A stretch of 64,000 nucleotides of DNA from an uncultured Bryobacterales bacterium (GCA_951813605.1 OX638379.1:3154062-3218061); one strand, 5' to 3'; shown: positions 1 to 9,403, numbered from the stretch's first letter. Notes: generated by a model not told the origin, from the letters alone. Numbers and translations are program-made.

Positions 1-224
1 GTCGTTCCGGCCTACAAGGCCCACTTGAACGATCTGCGCTACTCGGCCAGGGTCGCCAGCAACCTGACCCGCACAGCGTGCCACATGATGGCTTGGCTGG
101 CGGTCAGCGAAGCGGACTTGGCGGCGCTGGACATCCGCGGCGTCGGCGGTTTCCTGAGCCACGACTGCGACTGCCCAGCCGACTTCCGCACCGAGCTGAA
201 CGCGCATTCAGGGTGGCAGGCGAA
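1..224 (+). pseudogene. N-terminal fragment of a tyrosine recombinase/integrase (RIT-element-like), truncated
   Basis: Frame +1 reads VVPAYKAHLNDLRYSARVASNLTRTACHMMAWL...GGFLSHDCDCP, resembling the N-terminal region of RIT-type integrases. Similarity ends at the palindrome at 225. No catalytic domain is visible. Confidence 0.4.
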
Positions 225-244
225 TTATGGGAACGTTCCCATAA
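225..244. repeat. Perfect 20-bp palindrome TTATGGGAAC|GTTCCCATAA
   Basis: Read directly from the sequence; it lies at the junction of the integrase fragment and the IS3 orfB fragment. Confidence 0.9.
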
Positions 245-788
245 CACCCACAGGCGGTGCGGCCCGGAGGCCTCGAAGCGCCGTCGGACGCGGTCCGGAG
301 CGACTTCCGCCTCGCGGTCGGCCCGGGTCGTGCAGAGCGGCCGGCGGCGGGTCACGCCCTGCCGACTCAGCCGCTCGTTCTCTCGCGCCCGCCGGCTCGG
401 CGAGCGCTGGCGCCATGCAGAGTAGCCGCTGGAGGAGCCACCCAGCACGCGGCACTGGCAGGCAATCGCATAGCAGCCCTGGCGCGCCTTCACGAATGCG
501 AAGACCCGGACGGCATCGAATCGGTCTCCCGAGCGAACCAGGCCGCGGCTTTTGCCAGGATCTCGCGCTCCATCCGCAGCCGGCGGTTGTCACGCCGCAG
601 CTGCGCCAGCTCCTGGCGCTCGATCGTGCTCAGGCCGTCCTTCCGCTGCCCCGCGTCCAGATCGGCCTGCTGCATCCAGCGCAGCACCGAGTCCGCCGAG
701 ATCCCGAACTCCTCGGCGATCTCGCGCGGGCGGCGCTTGCCCACCTGCGCCACCTGCTCCCGGAACTCCTTGGGATAGGGTTTCCCAT
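245..788 (-). mobile_element. IS3-family insertion sequence remnant (orfA plus internally deleted, truncated orfB)
   Basis: orfA 490-788 reads MGNPYPKEFREQVAQV...EIAEEFGISADSVLRW...ELAQLRRDNRRLRMEREILAKAAAWFARE (HTH_Tnp_1-like). orfB from 493 reads MKARQGCYAIACQCRVLG.SSSGYSAWRQR...DRVRRRFEASGPHRLWV and breaks before the DDE core. Confidence 0.85.
490..788 (-). CDS. IS3-family transposase OrfA
   Basis: ATG at 788 extends the track ORF 490-753; HTH plus leucine-zipper-like C-terminus typical of IS3 OrfA. Confidence 0.8.
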
Positions 789-1134
789 CGTCTCGCTTGC
801 TTGTCTGTTAAGAATGGGGCTGTGAAGGGTCCTGAATAGGGATCGGGCCCCGGGCCCCGCAGCTTCTCCCCGGCCACCCCCACCGGGCCACGCCGGGCAA
901 CTCCGGCCAGTTCGGCCTGCCGTTCCTTGCGGCCGCAGCCTTCCCCGCCAGCGTGACCAACGCCGCTACGTGCCTCACGCTCCGCGGAAACCCGTGTCCC
1001 TCGCCGCTCAGTACCTCCCCGCTGTTCACCCCAAATTGACAAATGGATACTCATCATGTGGGACCTCCTTGCGCCCCGCCTTGTCGAGCACCCTGCCACT
1101 GCCGCCCCTCTGCAATCTCACCTGTCCGCGAAAA

Positions 1135-2006
1135 GGCAGTAACTCCACCGCCTCGCGCCACCTGAACCGCGCCGCGTTATAGCCACCCTCGAACAGCGGG
1201 CCGTCGCTGTCCTTCGCCCACCGCGACCACAGCACCCACGCGGAGAAGACGCAGCAGAACAACGTTTGGGCCAATCTCGAATGGAAAAAGCGTTCTCCCC
1301 GTTTGCCCTCGAAGCGAGTTCCGAGCGCTTCTTCGAGCGCCGACCGGACCGTCAGGAGCGATGATGCGTTCCCCGCCGCCTCGAAACGGGCCAAGCGGTG
1401 GCGGGCGTATGAAGCGAGGAGCCAGGCCGGATCCTTCGGCTCAGCCAGGGCGGCCCGGTGCGAGAGAGCCCGGCCAATATATTCGCCGAGGCCCGCGCCG
1501 ACTTCGCGCGCGAAGGCACGAGACTTCTCCAGCTTGCTCCAGAAGTCGTCCGCATTCTCCGCCAACCGGAACGTCTCGAGCTTGGCCGGACCACCGGACC
1601 GGACCGTGCCCGCCAGAACGAAGTCGCGCAGGTCCGTTACCAGCACCAGCCGGTAGCGGCCCCAGTAGCGGCTCACTTGATCCGACTTCGCAGTCAGCCA
1701 GGCATCGTCCCCCACCCCCTTCACCTCTACGACGCCTCGGTCCGGGACCTGTCCCTCCCTCGGCCGCCCCTTCTGGACCTGCTTCGCCGTGTAGAGGGCA
1801 TAGTCCGGATGGCCGGCACTCTGATCGGCGCCCTCAAGAACTCAGAACACCTTGGGCTTTAGCCCGTGCCCGACGGCACCGAGAAGGTTCGCCAGTGCCG
1901 GATAGTAGGACCGCTCCCCGGTCCCGCCGCCGGAAGCACGCACCCAGCGGAGATCGGAGAAACACGCTTCCACCGCAGCGATCAGCTTCTTGTTCGGTCC
2001 GGTCAT
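1135..2006 (-). pseudogene. N-terminal part of a type ISP-like restriction-modification / N-6 DNA methylase fusion enzyme, with a nonsense codon and truncation
   Basis: MTGPNKKLIAAVEACFSDL...GERSYYPAL...KPKVF*VL...AGHPDYALY...GVVEVKG (PD...EVK nuclease-like motif), then DDAWLTAKSDQVSRYW...LAQTLF..VFSAW. In-frame TGA; the frame diverges after WREAV, before any methyltransferase motifs. Confidence 0.7.
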
Positions 2007-2150
2007 CGTGCCGTTCTGAGAGTCGGACGCGCCGCCGTCTCAGGGTGCGATCCGGCAACTCCAGAAGATATCACGACAAACGGGTTCGCGGCGGCTGCGC
2101 GGCATCGCCGAAGCAGAAAGTGCGGCGACCGCACCGCGATCCATGATTGC

Positions 2151-2483
2151 CTACGAGAGCGCCAGGAACGCTGCCTCCGCCTCGGCGCCGAAGGCAAGAA
2201 TCTCGGTTCTGTTGGATCGCAGCAACGCCGCGATGTCCCCCGTGGTGCAGTTGCCCCGCCGGATCCAGACGACCTTCGGTGGCGGACCCCGCACGAAGCT
2301 CACCTGGTGGAAGTCCGAATCCTTCGAGACGATAGTAAAATCGTGGTCCCGGGCGTAGCCCCAGATCGTGGCGTCGGTCGCGCGGGCCAAGCCGACGTCC
2401 CGGACGTGAACGGACCCCGCAAACACATCCGAGAGGCCAGCGACTAGGCGCGGGGAGACGTTCTCGTCGAAGAGCAGCTTCAC
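2151..2483 (-). CDS. DUF5615-family PIN-like toxin (VapC45-like)
   Basis: MKLLFDENVS...DATIWGYA...IVSKDSDF...PPKVVWIRRGN; overlaps the upstream DUF433 gene by 4 bp. Confidence 0.9.
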   Translation of the reverse strand: MKLLFDENVSPRLVAGLSDVFAGSVHVRDVGLARATDATIWGYARDHDFTIVSKDSDFHQVSFVRGPPPKVVWIRRGNCTTGDIAALLRSNRTEILAFGAEAEAAFLALS

Positions 2484-2707
2484 CCGGGGGGGATCGAAAC
2501 GAGCCTGCGCTCGCGCTCCGCCGCAAACGCCAGCGCTGCCCGGATGTCATCGCGCTCCAAGTCCGGGAAATCCACCAGGATTTCCGCTTCCGTCATCCCG
2601 GACGCCAAGTACTCGAGGACATCGTACACCGTGATCCTGAGCCCGCGAATGCACGGTTTCCCACCTCGCTTCTCGGGCTCCAGGGTGATGCGGTCCAAAT
2701 CGTTCAT
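2480..2707 (-). CDS. DUF433-family antitoxin
   Basis: RITLEPEKRGGKPCIRGLRITVYDVLEYLASGMTEAEILVDFPDLERDDIRAALAFA is the classic DUF433 signature. Confidence 0.92.
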   Translation of the reverse strand: MNDLDRITLEPEKRGGKPCIRGLRITVYDVLEYLASGMTEAEILVDFPDLERDDIRAALAFAAERERRLVSIPPG

Positions 2708-3308
2708 CCTTGAGAATAGCCGCAGGCCGGATCGGGGTCAAGTCTCGGAACGTTGGCAGGGTCCAAGTGGCTGCGGTCAAGCATGGGGGCTGCCTGCACC
2801 TGTTCCTGAGTTGGCACCAGCTAGTCGGCCCAGACTTGCGTCGGCGCACGGCGGTCGGGCAGGAGCGCAGTGCGGTTGTATGCCCGTTGGGATTCCGAAC
2901 CGCCTGGGCCACACTGGTGCTCGATAGAATCTTGCCGGAAGCCCGGCATCTCGCCTGATCCACCAGCCGTCGGTCTTGGTATGTCCCACAACAGAATTCA
3001 GGTCAGCGGACGGCGAGGTCGAGCTTTCGGCAACTGCCGACCGTGCAGTAGCTGATTGTCCCTTGACACAACCGCCGACCGAGTTAGCCCGACCTTCTCA
3101 AGAGTTTTGGATTTGGAGGCGTTTTGTCCATTTGGGGTGGTTGGATAGCCTGGCAATGTTGCGTGGCGTGCTGGATCCGGGCAGAGGCCGGGCAAGGGTC
3201 GCCAGATCCGCGGTTGCCGGGGTCCGTTTTGTCTTGCCTCCCGGCCTGGCGACGCAGTGGTCCCGCTGACCTCCGACGGGGCTCGAGACGATGGCTGGAG
3301 TGCCGCGG

Positions 3309-4712
3309 CTAGCAGCGCAGGGGCAGGCTCTGGAGACGGGCCAGCACCTGCCCGAAGAGGCCCGCTTCCGGGAAGCCCTCGTCGAACGACAGCCGCACGG
3401 CCCGCACGCTGACCCGGATCCGCACGCCGATCTTGAGCAGCTTCAGGCGGATCGTGCCGCATTGCGCCCGCGCCAGCCGCGTGCCCCGCAGACCCCGGCG
3501 TCGCAGCAACTCCAGCAGCGCATAAGCGAACGAGGCGAAATACAGGCGCAGCTGGTTGGCCCGCATGGTGTGCGCCGAGGTGCGATCCGCGAACAGCGCC
3601 AGCTGCTGTTCCTTGATGCGGTTCTCCATGTCGCCCCGCGCGCAGTACACCTGCTCGTACAGCGTGCGCGCCGCCATCCGCCCGGCCCCCAGCGACGTCA
3701 CCACGAAACGCGGGTTGGCCCCCCGCGGCAAATGCTCTGCCTTGCCGATCAGGCGCCGCTCGCGGCTCCAGCTGTCCAGCGTCCGGTAGCGGAAGTCCTG
3801 GAACACCCGCGCCGCCTGCCCCGTCTGCTCGCATGCCTGCCGGGCGCGCTCCATCGCCGGGGCCAGGCTCCGCTTCAAGCGCGCATTCTGCGCGATTCCC
3901 AGCACATACTCCACTCCCTGCGCCTCGCACCAAGCCAGCAATTCCTCGCGGCAGAACCCGCTGTCCCCGCGCAGCCAGATCTCCACCCCCGGCCAGCGCT
4001 CCCGGATGCGCCCCACGATGCGTTCCAGCTCCTGCACCGTGCCCTCCGCCGCGTCGCGGTCCGCCGTCCGCAGGCGCGCCCCCAGCAGCTGCTGGCCGCA
4101 GAAGATGTACAGCGGCAAGTAACAGTAGCTGCGGTAGTACCCATGGAAGAAGCGGCCTTCCTGCCGGCCATGCAGCGGGTCATCCGTCGCGTCCACGTCC
4201 AGCACGATGCGCCCCGGCTGCGCGCCGTGCCAGTCCAGGAACAGGTCCACCAGCAGGGCGTCCAGCCGCGCGGTGTCGGCCACGATCTTCTTGTAGCGTT
4301 CCCCGGGACCCAGCGCCGCCCCCGTCAGCTCCAGGCGATTCAGCGTGCTCTTGCCCGGCGGCCAGCCCTCCCAGCTCGCCCCGCGCCGCCCGCGGCCCGC
4401 CGCCCCGCACAGCAGCGACCACAGCCTGCTCTGGCGCAACGTGTCGTGATCGTTCAGGTCCTCATAGCCCAGCGCCAGCCCCAGCACGCGCGCTGCCAGC
4501 AGCACTTCCACCGCATGCTGCGTCCGCCGCGGGTCGCGGTGATCCCGGAAACACGCACTCAACCGCCGGAACAGCCCCGTCCGCAGGGCCAGCTCGCGCA
4601 GCAGCAGCCCGCCGCCATCCGACCCCAGTTCCCCGCCGTCAAACCGCCCGACTACACGCTGCCTTCGCAAGCCTGCGAACTCCAAGCGTGCTGTGCTACA
4701 CTCTGTCGTCAT
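3309..4712 (-). CDS. IS1380-family transposase (DDE_Tnp_1_4)
   Basis: 467 aa: FDGGELGSDGGGLLL, GYEDLNDHDTLR, LDVDATDDPLHGRQEG.FFHGYY, RGDSGF, YCARGDMENRIKEQ. Confidence 0.93.
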   Translation of the reverse strand: MTTECSTARLEFAGLRRQRVVGRFDGGELGSDGGGLLLRELALRTGLFRRLSACFRDHRDPRRTQHAVEVLLAARVLGLALGYEDLNDHDTLRQSRLWSLLCGAAGRGRRGASWEGWPPGKSTLNRLELTGAALGPGERYKKIVADTARLDALLVDLFLDWHGAQPGRIVLDVDATDDPLHGRQEGRFFHGYYRSYCYLPLYIFCGQQLLGARLRTADRDAAEGTVQELERIVGRIRERWPGVEIWLRGDSGFCREELLAWCEAQGVEYVLGIAQNARLKRSLAPAMERARQACEQTGQAARVFQDFRYRTLDSWSRERRLIGKAEHLPRGANPRFVVTSLGAGRMAARTLYEQVYCARGDMENRIKEQQLALFADRTSAHTMRANQLRLYFASFAYALLELLRRRGLRGTRLARAQCGTIRLKLLKIGVRIRVSVRAVRLSFDEGFPEAGLFGQVLARLQSLPLRC

Positions 4713-4756
4713 AAGGCCGTCGTCCTGTTACGTGGTAAGTTGTTCATAATAAACCA

Positions 4757-4765
4757 ATTATACCA
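4757..4765 (-). promoter_or_regulatory. Extended -10 promoter (TG-n-TATAAT) upstream of the IS1380 transposase
   Basis: Minus strand TGGTATAAT in an AT-rich patch ~45 bp upstream of the ATG at 4712. Confidence 0.55.
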
Positions 4766-5068
4766 CAAGACACGGCCTTATACCCTACCCCTCGTGAGAA
4801 ATCCGGGCTAGGTCCAGCGTGGCTGAATCCGATCTTGGTTCGACCGTCGAATGCGGAGCTGTTCTCGTGAGAGAGTGCCCAGACTCTTGCACGGATTCGC
4901 TCCGCCCGAAGGAAGCGACAGGACGAAACGAGCCACAAGTACCGAAAATTGCCGCGGGCGTCAAGGTTACCAGCACGCCTGCCGAGGCTTAGACACATCG
5001 GCTTCACGGCCTGTCCAACCCAAGGTTTCCAGCGCGCTCTCACGTCCTTGGAAGTGCTCAATCATCGT

Positions 5069-5962
5069 TTATGCCATCCCCCCGGCAAGATCTTTCGCGA
5101 CGTCGAGGGGAGTGCCCCAAAGCTCGCTTCTATGGCAGTCTGTCAACTTTCAGAACCTTGCGATTGCGTCGTCTGTCCGGAAGTGCTCACGCAGACCAGG
5201 GTTGCGCAAGAGTCTTGAGTATGCATCGCAAGCCAGACGCTCGATTTGTCGTGTCCTCTTCCAGCACAGGGCCTCACGCTTGCCCAACGGATAGGACTGC
5301 ACAGCTCCGTCCCATGGATTCAGGTGTTCTGTAGCGCTCCGCAGATCAAAGGCTTGCAACAACAGCGTGCGCGTATCGACGCCAGCGCAGGCGAAGGTTT
5401 GGCAGCGGTGTGCAAACTCCTGTCGGGTCTTGCCTTGTTTCGGAAGTATGAGGGCTTCCAGCGAGCGGACAAACTGGTGAAGACGATCCTGACCTGCTGT
5501 TTCCCTTTGGCCCTTGAACAGTGTCTGGAGGCCGCGAATGATCCGCCTGAACTGTGTCTTGTCAGCCTCCATTTCCGCGAAGCCAGCGCGTAGAACAAGA
5601 CTGCCGTCAAGCCAATCCCGGGTGATTGGCGCTGTCGGCGACCCTCGGCTCCGGCAGAATACTGGAATCTGTCCCACCTACCGGATCTCCGGAACTCCGT
5701 TCACAGAGGAGCCAACCAACCGATCCGTACCTTCGTCGCCAAGGATCTCGATGCCGACACTGAGGTGGAGCATGTCAAACAGAAGAGCTAGGTCCTCGGA
5801 GAGGCGTCGATGCTCGGCACCGAGGACACTGGGGGTATCCCAAGGCTGCTCGACAAGCAGGACGAGATTGGCGCGGCAGAGCCCCTCCAAGCGGATCGAG
5901 CCCAGCCACTTTTCCCAGCTACCTAGGTTGTCGGTGACTGGCACGCGAGGCAGGATCCAGGT
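5069..5962 (-). pseudogene. HEPN-domain (Rx4H) protein pseudogene
   Basis: Track ORFs 5678-6091 and 5150-5677 are one frame broken by TAG (5678-5680) and TGA (5150-5152), ending TAA at 5069. It contains LHQFVRSLEALI and FDLRSATEH (Rx4H). The 5' end is lost. Confidence 0.65.
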
Positions 5963-5963
5963 C

Positions 5964-6176
5964 CAATCGCGAACAGGCGAGAGACACCGCGGGCGAGGCC
6001 TGCCGAGGATGAGGGAAGCATGTGAAGGTCGTAGGATCAACAACTTGGTGATCCTGAGCAACAAAGCCGTTGCCCATGTAGGTCGTAACACCTATGCGGA
6101 CTTGAAAAATGGCTCTAAAGGAACGATCATATGCTGGGAGGTGTCTCGTAAAGCCCTCGAGGAGCACCACGAATGA
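5964..6176 (+). pseudogene. C-terminal fragment of a histidine-kinase-like ATPase (HATPase_c-like)
   Basis: SRTGERHRGRGLP...NNLVILSN...GTIICWEV resembles the G-box/C-terminus of ATPases encoded upstream of DUF4325 genes. The stop overlaps the STAS start. Confidence 0.55.
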
Positions 6177-6508
6177 TGAAACTCAGTGTCGCTAACGACT
6201 TTTCGGACGTACCTGGGCCCCGGTTGGAAGCAGAGGGTGAACACTCAGCCGAAGTGTTCCGGAAAGAACGCCTGAGCCCTTTATTTCTAGAGGCTGAACG
6301 ACAAACTTGCCAGCTTCTAGTAGATCTGGATGGAGGCTTTGGGTACCCGACCTCCTTCCTCGAGGAGGCGTTCGGCGGCTTAGCTCGAGAGCTTGGAATC
6401 GAGCGGGTGCAGAAAGTGCTAGTGGTCAGATCTGACGAGGAGCCTTATCTGAAGCAGGACGTGGCGGCCTATATCCGCGAGGCGGAAACAGGCGCCCAAA
6501 TCGCATAA
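6173..6508 (+). CDS. STAS-like domain protein (DUF4325)
   Basis: SVANDFSDVPGPR...GEHSAEVFRKERL...VDLDGGFGYPTSFLEEAFGGL is the DUF4325 pattern. Confidence 0.85.
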   Translation: MMKLSVANDFSDVPGPRLEAEGEHSAEVFRKERLSPLFLEAERQTCQLLVDLDGGFGYPTSFLEEAFGGLARELGIERVQKVLVVRSDEEPYLKQDVAAYIREAETGAQIA

Positions 6509-6527
6509 CAGAAGCCCCGGCTATGTA

Positions 6528-7073
6528 TTGGGCCTTCTCTCGCTCTTCACGGCCATTGGTTTCGGAGCGGGCTTGATTGTCAACAAGTGGACTGAACGTA
6601 CGTTCACTCCGAGCCTTGCGCTCGGCCAGATTCTCCAAATTGTTGCGAGCCTCCTGGTCTTTGTACTGGCAGACCATGTTTATGCGAACGTGCACGACTA
6701 TCGGCAGAAAAGAGTTGGGATTCTAGTTGACATGGCGAGCACAGTGCTCGCGCAGGTGGATCGGGTCCATTCGGCCTTTCTGAAATGCCAGGGACGGAAC
6801 CCGATCCCGCGGAAGCTGAGATTCGAACTTGATGGTGCGTTCACAGACTACGGAAACGCACTATTTGAGCTCGAACAGGTGCTACCGGATACGGTCCATT
6901 CAAATGTCGGACCCAGCTTCGAGGACCTCAAGGAGAATCGCCGGGCCTACAAGGATCTAGTGACTGGCGCGCCATACCCTATTCATTCTTCGTCAGATCG
7001 AATAGTCGTCGAATCCAACTGCTATACCACGGCCCGGTCAAATATCAGAAAGTTCCAGATCCAGCTTGTCTAA
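6528..7073 (+). CDS. Hypothetical membrane protein with two N-terminal TM helices and a helical soluble domain
   Basis: Hydrophobic segments LLSLFTAIGFGAGLIV and LALGQILQIVASLLVFVLA; 19 bp gap after the DUF4325 gene. Start codon uncertain (TTG). Confidence 0.65.
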   Translation: MGLLSLFTAIGFGAGLIVNKWTERTFTPSLALGQILQIVASLLVFVLADHVYANVHDYRQKRVGILVDMASTVLAQVDRVHSAFLKCQGRNPIPRKLRFELDGAFTDYGNALFELEQVLPDTVHSNVGPSFEDLKENRRAYKDLVTGAPYPIHSSSDRIVVESNCYTTARSNIRKFQIQLV

Positions 7074-7279
7074 GCCCGCAAAGTAGATGCACGCCCCTCA
7101 GTTCCAAGGCTAGGGAATTGGCTGTTCTCGCCTTCGCAATTCGGTGCCCGCCGTCCAGCGCCGCCCTTCGGAGCCCTCGAAGACGATACAGATGCGTTGC
7201 AGTGTCCCCGTGCAAGTTCGGATGAGGGTGAGAGGCCGTAAAGAGCGCTGGAGTCCATCGTGAGGGAGTCCGCCATGGC

Positions 7280-7948
7280 GCAACCGCCTTTCACGGCCCG
7301 CTCGAACGCTTACGCTTCTACAGCCCCAGTCGGCAATGCTACACCACCCCGGCGATCACGACGTTCCACAACATCCTGGCCAGCCTGCCGCCCGAGAAGC
7401 TCGAAGCGACGGTGGCGACGTGGGTCCGGCAGCAGGTTGGGCCAGCCCCGCAGAATGAGGAAGATACGGACTCGCAGAAGGCGGCCGGCAAGGCACGCAG
7501 GAGCGGCTCGCGGCAGGGCGGCTTGCCGGCCGCGTGCATGGATGGCAAGCACATCCGCAGCGCCTCGAAGCAGACCCCGGGGCGCCGTCGCATCCTGGTC
7601 GCGGCCGTGGAACATGGCAGCGGCTTGGTGCTGGGACAGCGCGAGATTGGCAGCAAGACCAACGAGATCCCGGCAGTGCGCGAACTGGCAGGCGAACTCG
7701 ATCCGGCCGGGCGCATCGTCACCTTCGACGCACTGCACGCCCGGCAGGCGACCGCCCGCCGGCTGTGCGACAGCTGCCGGGTCTGTGTGCGCGACTTGCC
7801 ACGCCATCTCGCTTGCCTGGCCAACACGGCCATCTCCAGCGTCCAATGCCAGCCCCAGTTCGCGTGCGTGCCCGAGGCCGGCCGCCATTTCGCGCCCCGC
7901 CCGCAGGAGGCCCTCGACCTGCTGCTGGCCCCGCCCCGGCAAAGCTAG
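7280..7948 (+). pseudogene. ISAs1-family transposase remnant (5'-truncated, internally deleted)
   Basis: ERLRFYSPS...TTFHNILASL...MDGKHIRSA...VAAVEHGSGLVLGQ...KTNEIPAVREL...GRIVTFDALH, joined directly to the C-terminal LANTAISSV...RHFAPRPQEALDLL. Confidence 0.8.
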
Positions 7949-8230
7949 CCCGCGCAGCTTGTCGCCGGCGTGCAGCGCGACCCCTGTGCCCGGGCTTGCC
8001 ACTCAACACGAGGCGCAAGTAGGAATCCATCCCATCAGGCGTCTCCAGTCCGGACTAAGAAATGTGTCTGCAGCCGCCTCGCCTCGGGACCCTTGGAGGC
8101 GCCGTGATACGATTTTGTCCGCGGCTCGCTCCGGAGGATGTTGGCCTCAAGGGAGCCCTGCTCCATCGCGCAGCTCGCCCGCGATAGCAAGTTGGGAGCC
8201 CATCGATTTCTCCGAGGAGTTGTTGGAAAT

Positions 8231-9403
8231 ATGCGAATTGCCAGAGTCAGGGCGACCAACTTTGAATCGTCGGCTTGGGGTGATTTCTCTGAGCGAGAAG
8301 CCGACCTTCCCCTGGTCACCGCGATGGCAATTCATCCAGAGTATAGGCACCCCATCTCGACCTGGCGGCCCGCCGAAGCCATGTGTATTGTCGAGGTACA
8401 AACCGATGACGGGCTGACAGGCATCGGATGGTGCGAAGACTATTGCGGAGCCACCAGCCGTATCGTAAACGGGCACTTGTCGCGTTTTCTGATCGGGGCG
8501 GACCCGCGCGAGATTACCAAGCTCTGGGACCTGATGTACCGCGGCTCGATTCCGTACGGCCGCAAGGGCGCGGCTCTCTACGGTATCAGCGCGGTAGACA
8601 TCGCGCTCTGGGATCTGAGGGGCAAGCACCTCCAGGAACCGGTCTATCAACTCCTCGGCGGCAAGGTCCGCGACCCGATTCCGGCCTATGCAAGCCACCT
8701 CCACTACCTTGACGACGACAGGTTTTGCGCCGAAGCGGAGGACTATGTGAAGCAGGGCTATAAAGCCATGAAGATGCGCTTCCGGCACGGCCCCGCGGAC
8801 GGGCTTCCCGGGATGAACAAGAACATCGAGCTGGTGAAGCTGCTGCGGGACACAGTCGGGGACTCGATCGACATCATGGCGGACGCCTACATGGGCTGGA
8901 CTCTCGAGTACGCCAGGAGAATCACCCGTAGGCTGGCACCGTATGATCTCAAATGGATCGAGGAGCCATTGCTGCCCGATGACTTGAACGGTTTCATCGA
9001 ACTGAGGCGCACTTCCCCCGTGCCGATCGCCACAGGAGAGCATGAGTACACGCGATATGGATTTGAGCTGCTGATCAAGAACAATGCGGTTGACATCGTC
9101 CAATTTGATATGGGGCGCGTGGGCGGCTTCACGGAGGCGAGGCGCGTTTGCTCCTTGGCCAACGCGGCCGGTCTGCCGGTTTGCACGCACGCTTACGGCC
9201 TGCCGACTCTCCATTTTGTGGCGGCAGAGCCGGCCTGCTTGATGGCCGAGTACTTCCCTGTGCCGGTGTGGATGAAGCCCGATCATTCCGAGACTGATTT
9301 CTTTGACGGCGCGCCGATGCCCCGAGGCGGAAACATCACCGTTTCCGACGAGCCGGGCATGGGGTACAAGTTCGACTTCCAGATCCAAGAGCCGGTGTCC
9401 TAG
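8231..9403 (+). CDS. Mandelate racemase/enolase-superfamily acid-sugar dehydratase (L-rhamnonate dehydratase-like)
   Basis: VEVQTDDGLTGIG, AISAVDIALWDL.GK...PVYQLLGG, KMRF, metal ligands in DAY/EEP/GEH. Likely ATG at 8231 (track ORF starts 8138). Confidence 0.88.
   Translation: MRIARVRATNFESSAWGDFSEREADLPLVTAMAIHPEYRHPISTWRPAEAMCIVEVQTDDGLTGIGWCEDYCGATSRIVNGHLSRFLIGADPREITKLWDLMYRGSIPYGRKGAALYGISAVDIALWDLRGKHLQEPVYQLLGGKVRDPIPAYASHLHYLDDDRFCAEAEDYVKQGYKAMKMRFRHGPADGLPGMNKNIELVKLLRDTVGDSIDIMADAYMGWTLEYARRITRRLAPYDLKWIEEPLLPDDLNGFIELRRTSPVPIATGEHEYTRYGFELLIKNNAVDIVQFDMGRVGGFTEARRVCSLANAAGLPVCTHAYGLPTLHFVAAEPACLMAEYFPVPVWMKPDHSETDFFDGAPMPRGGNITVSDEPGMGYKFDFQIQEPVS

Larger units (their letters stand above)
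3088..4807 (-). mobile_element. IS1380-family insertion sequence, apparently intact
   Basis: Imperfect terminal inverted repeats CCCGACCTTCTCAAGAG (3088) and CCCGGATTTCTCACGAG (reverse strand from 4807) enclose one transposase ORF. Flanks are TTAG and CTAG. Confidence 0.88.

Noticed and set aside
2710-3087. Short ORFs between the TA pair and IS1380, and at 11440-12040
   Set aside because: No recognisable motifs or consistent frame; left unannotated.
3291-4811. 506-aa plus-strand ORF, and many other long ORFs antisense to real genes (e.g. 8147-9490, 24205-25992, 41864-43564, 55014-56330)
   Set aside because: Shadow ORFs typical of high-GC DNA; they have no family motifs, while the opposite strand has clear ones.
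5150-5152. TGA in the HEPN gene, and the TGA in the RM remnant, as selenocysteine
   Set aside because: The HEPN context suggests Trp and the gene also has a TAG. The RM gene is truncated and is not a redox family. No SECIS-like hairpin was noted for either.
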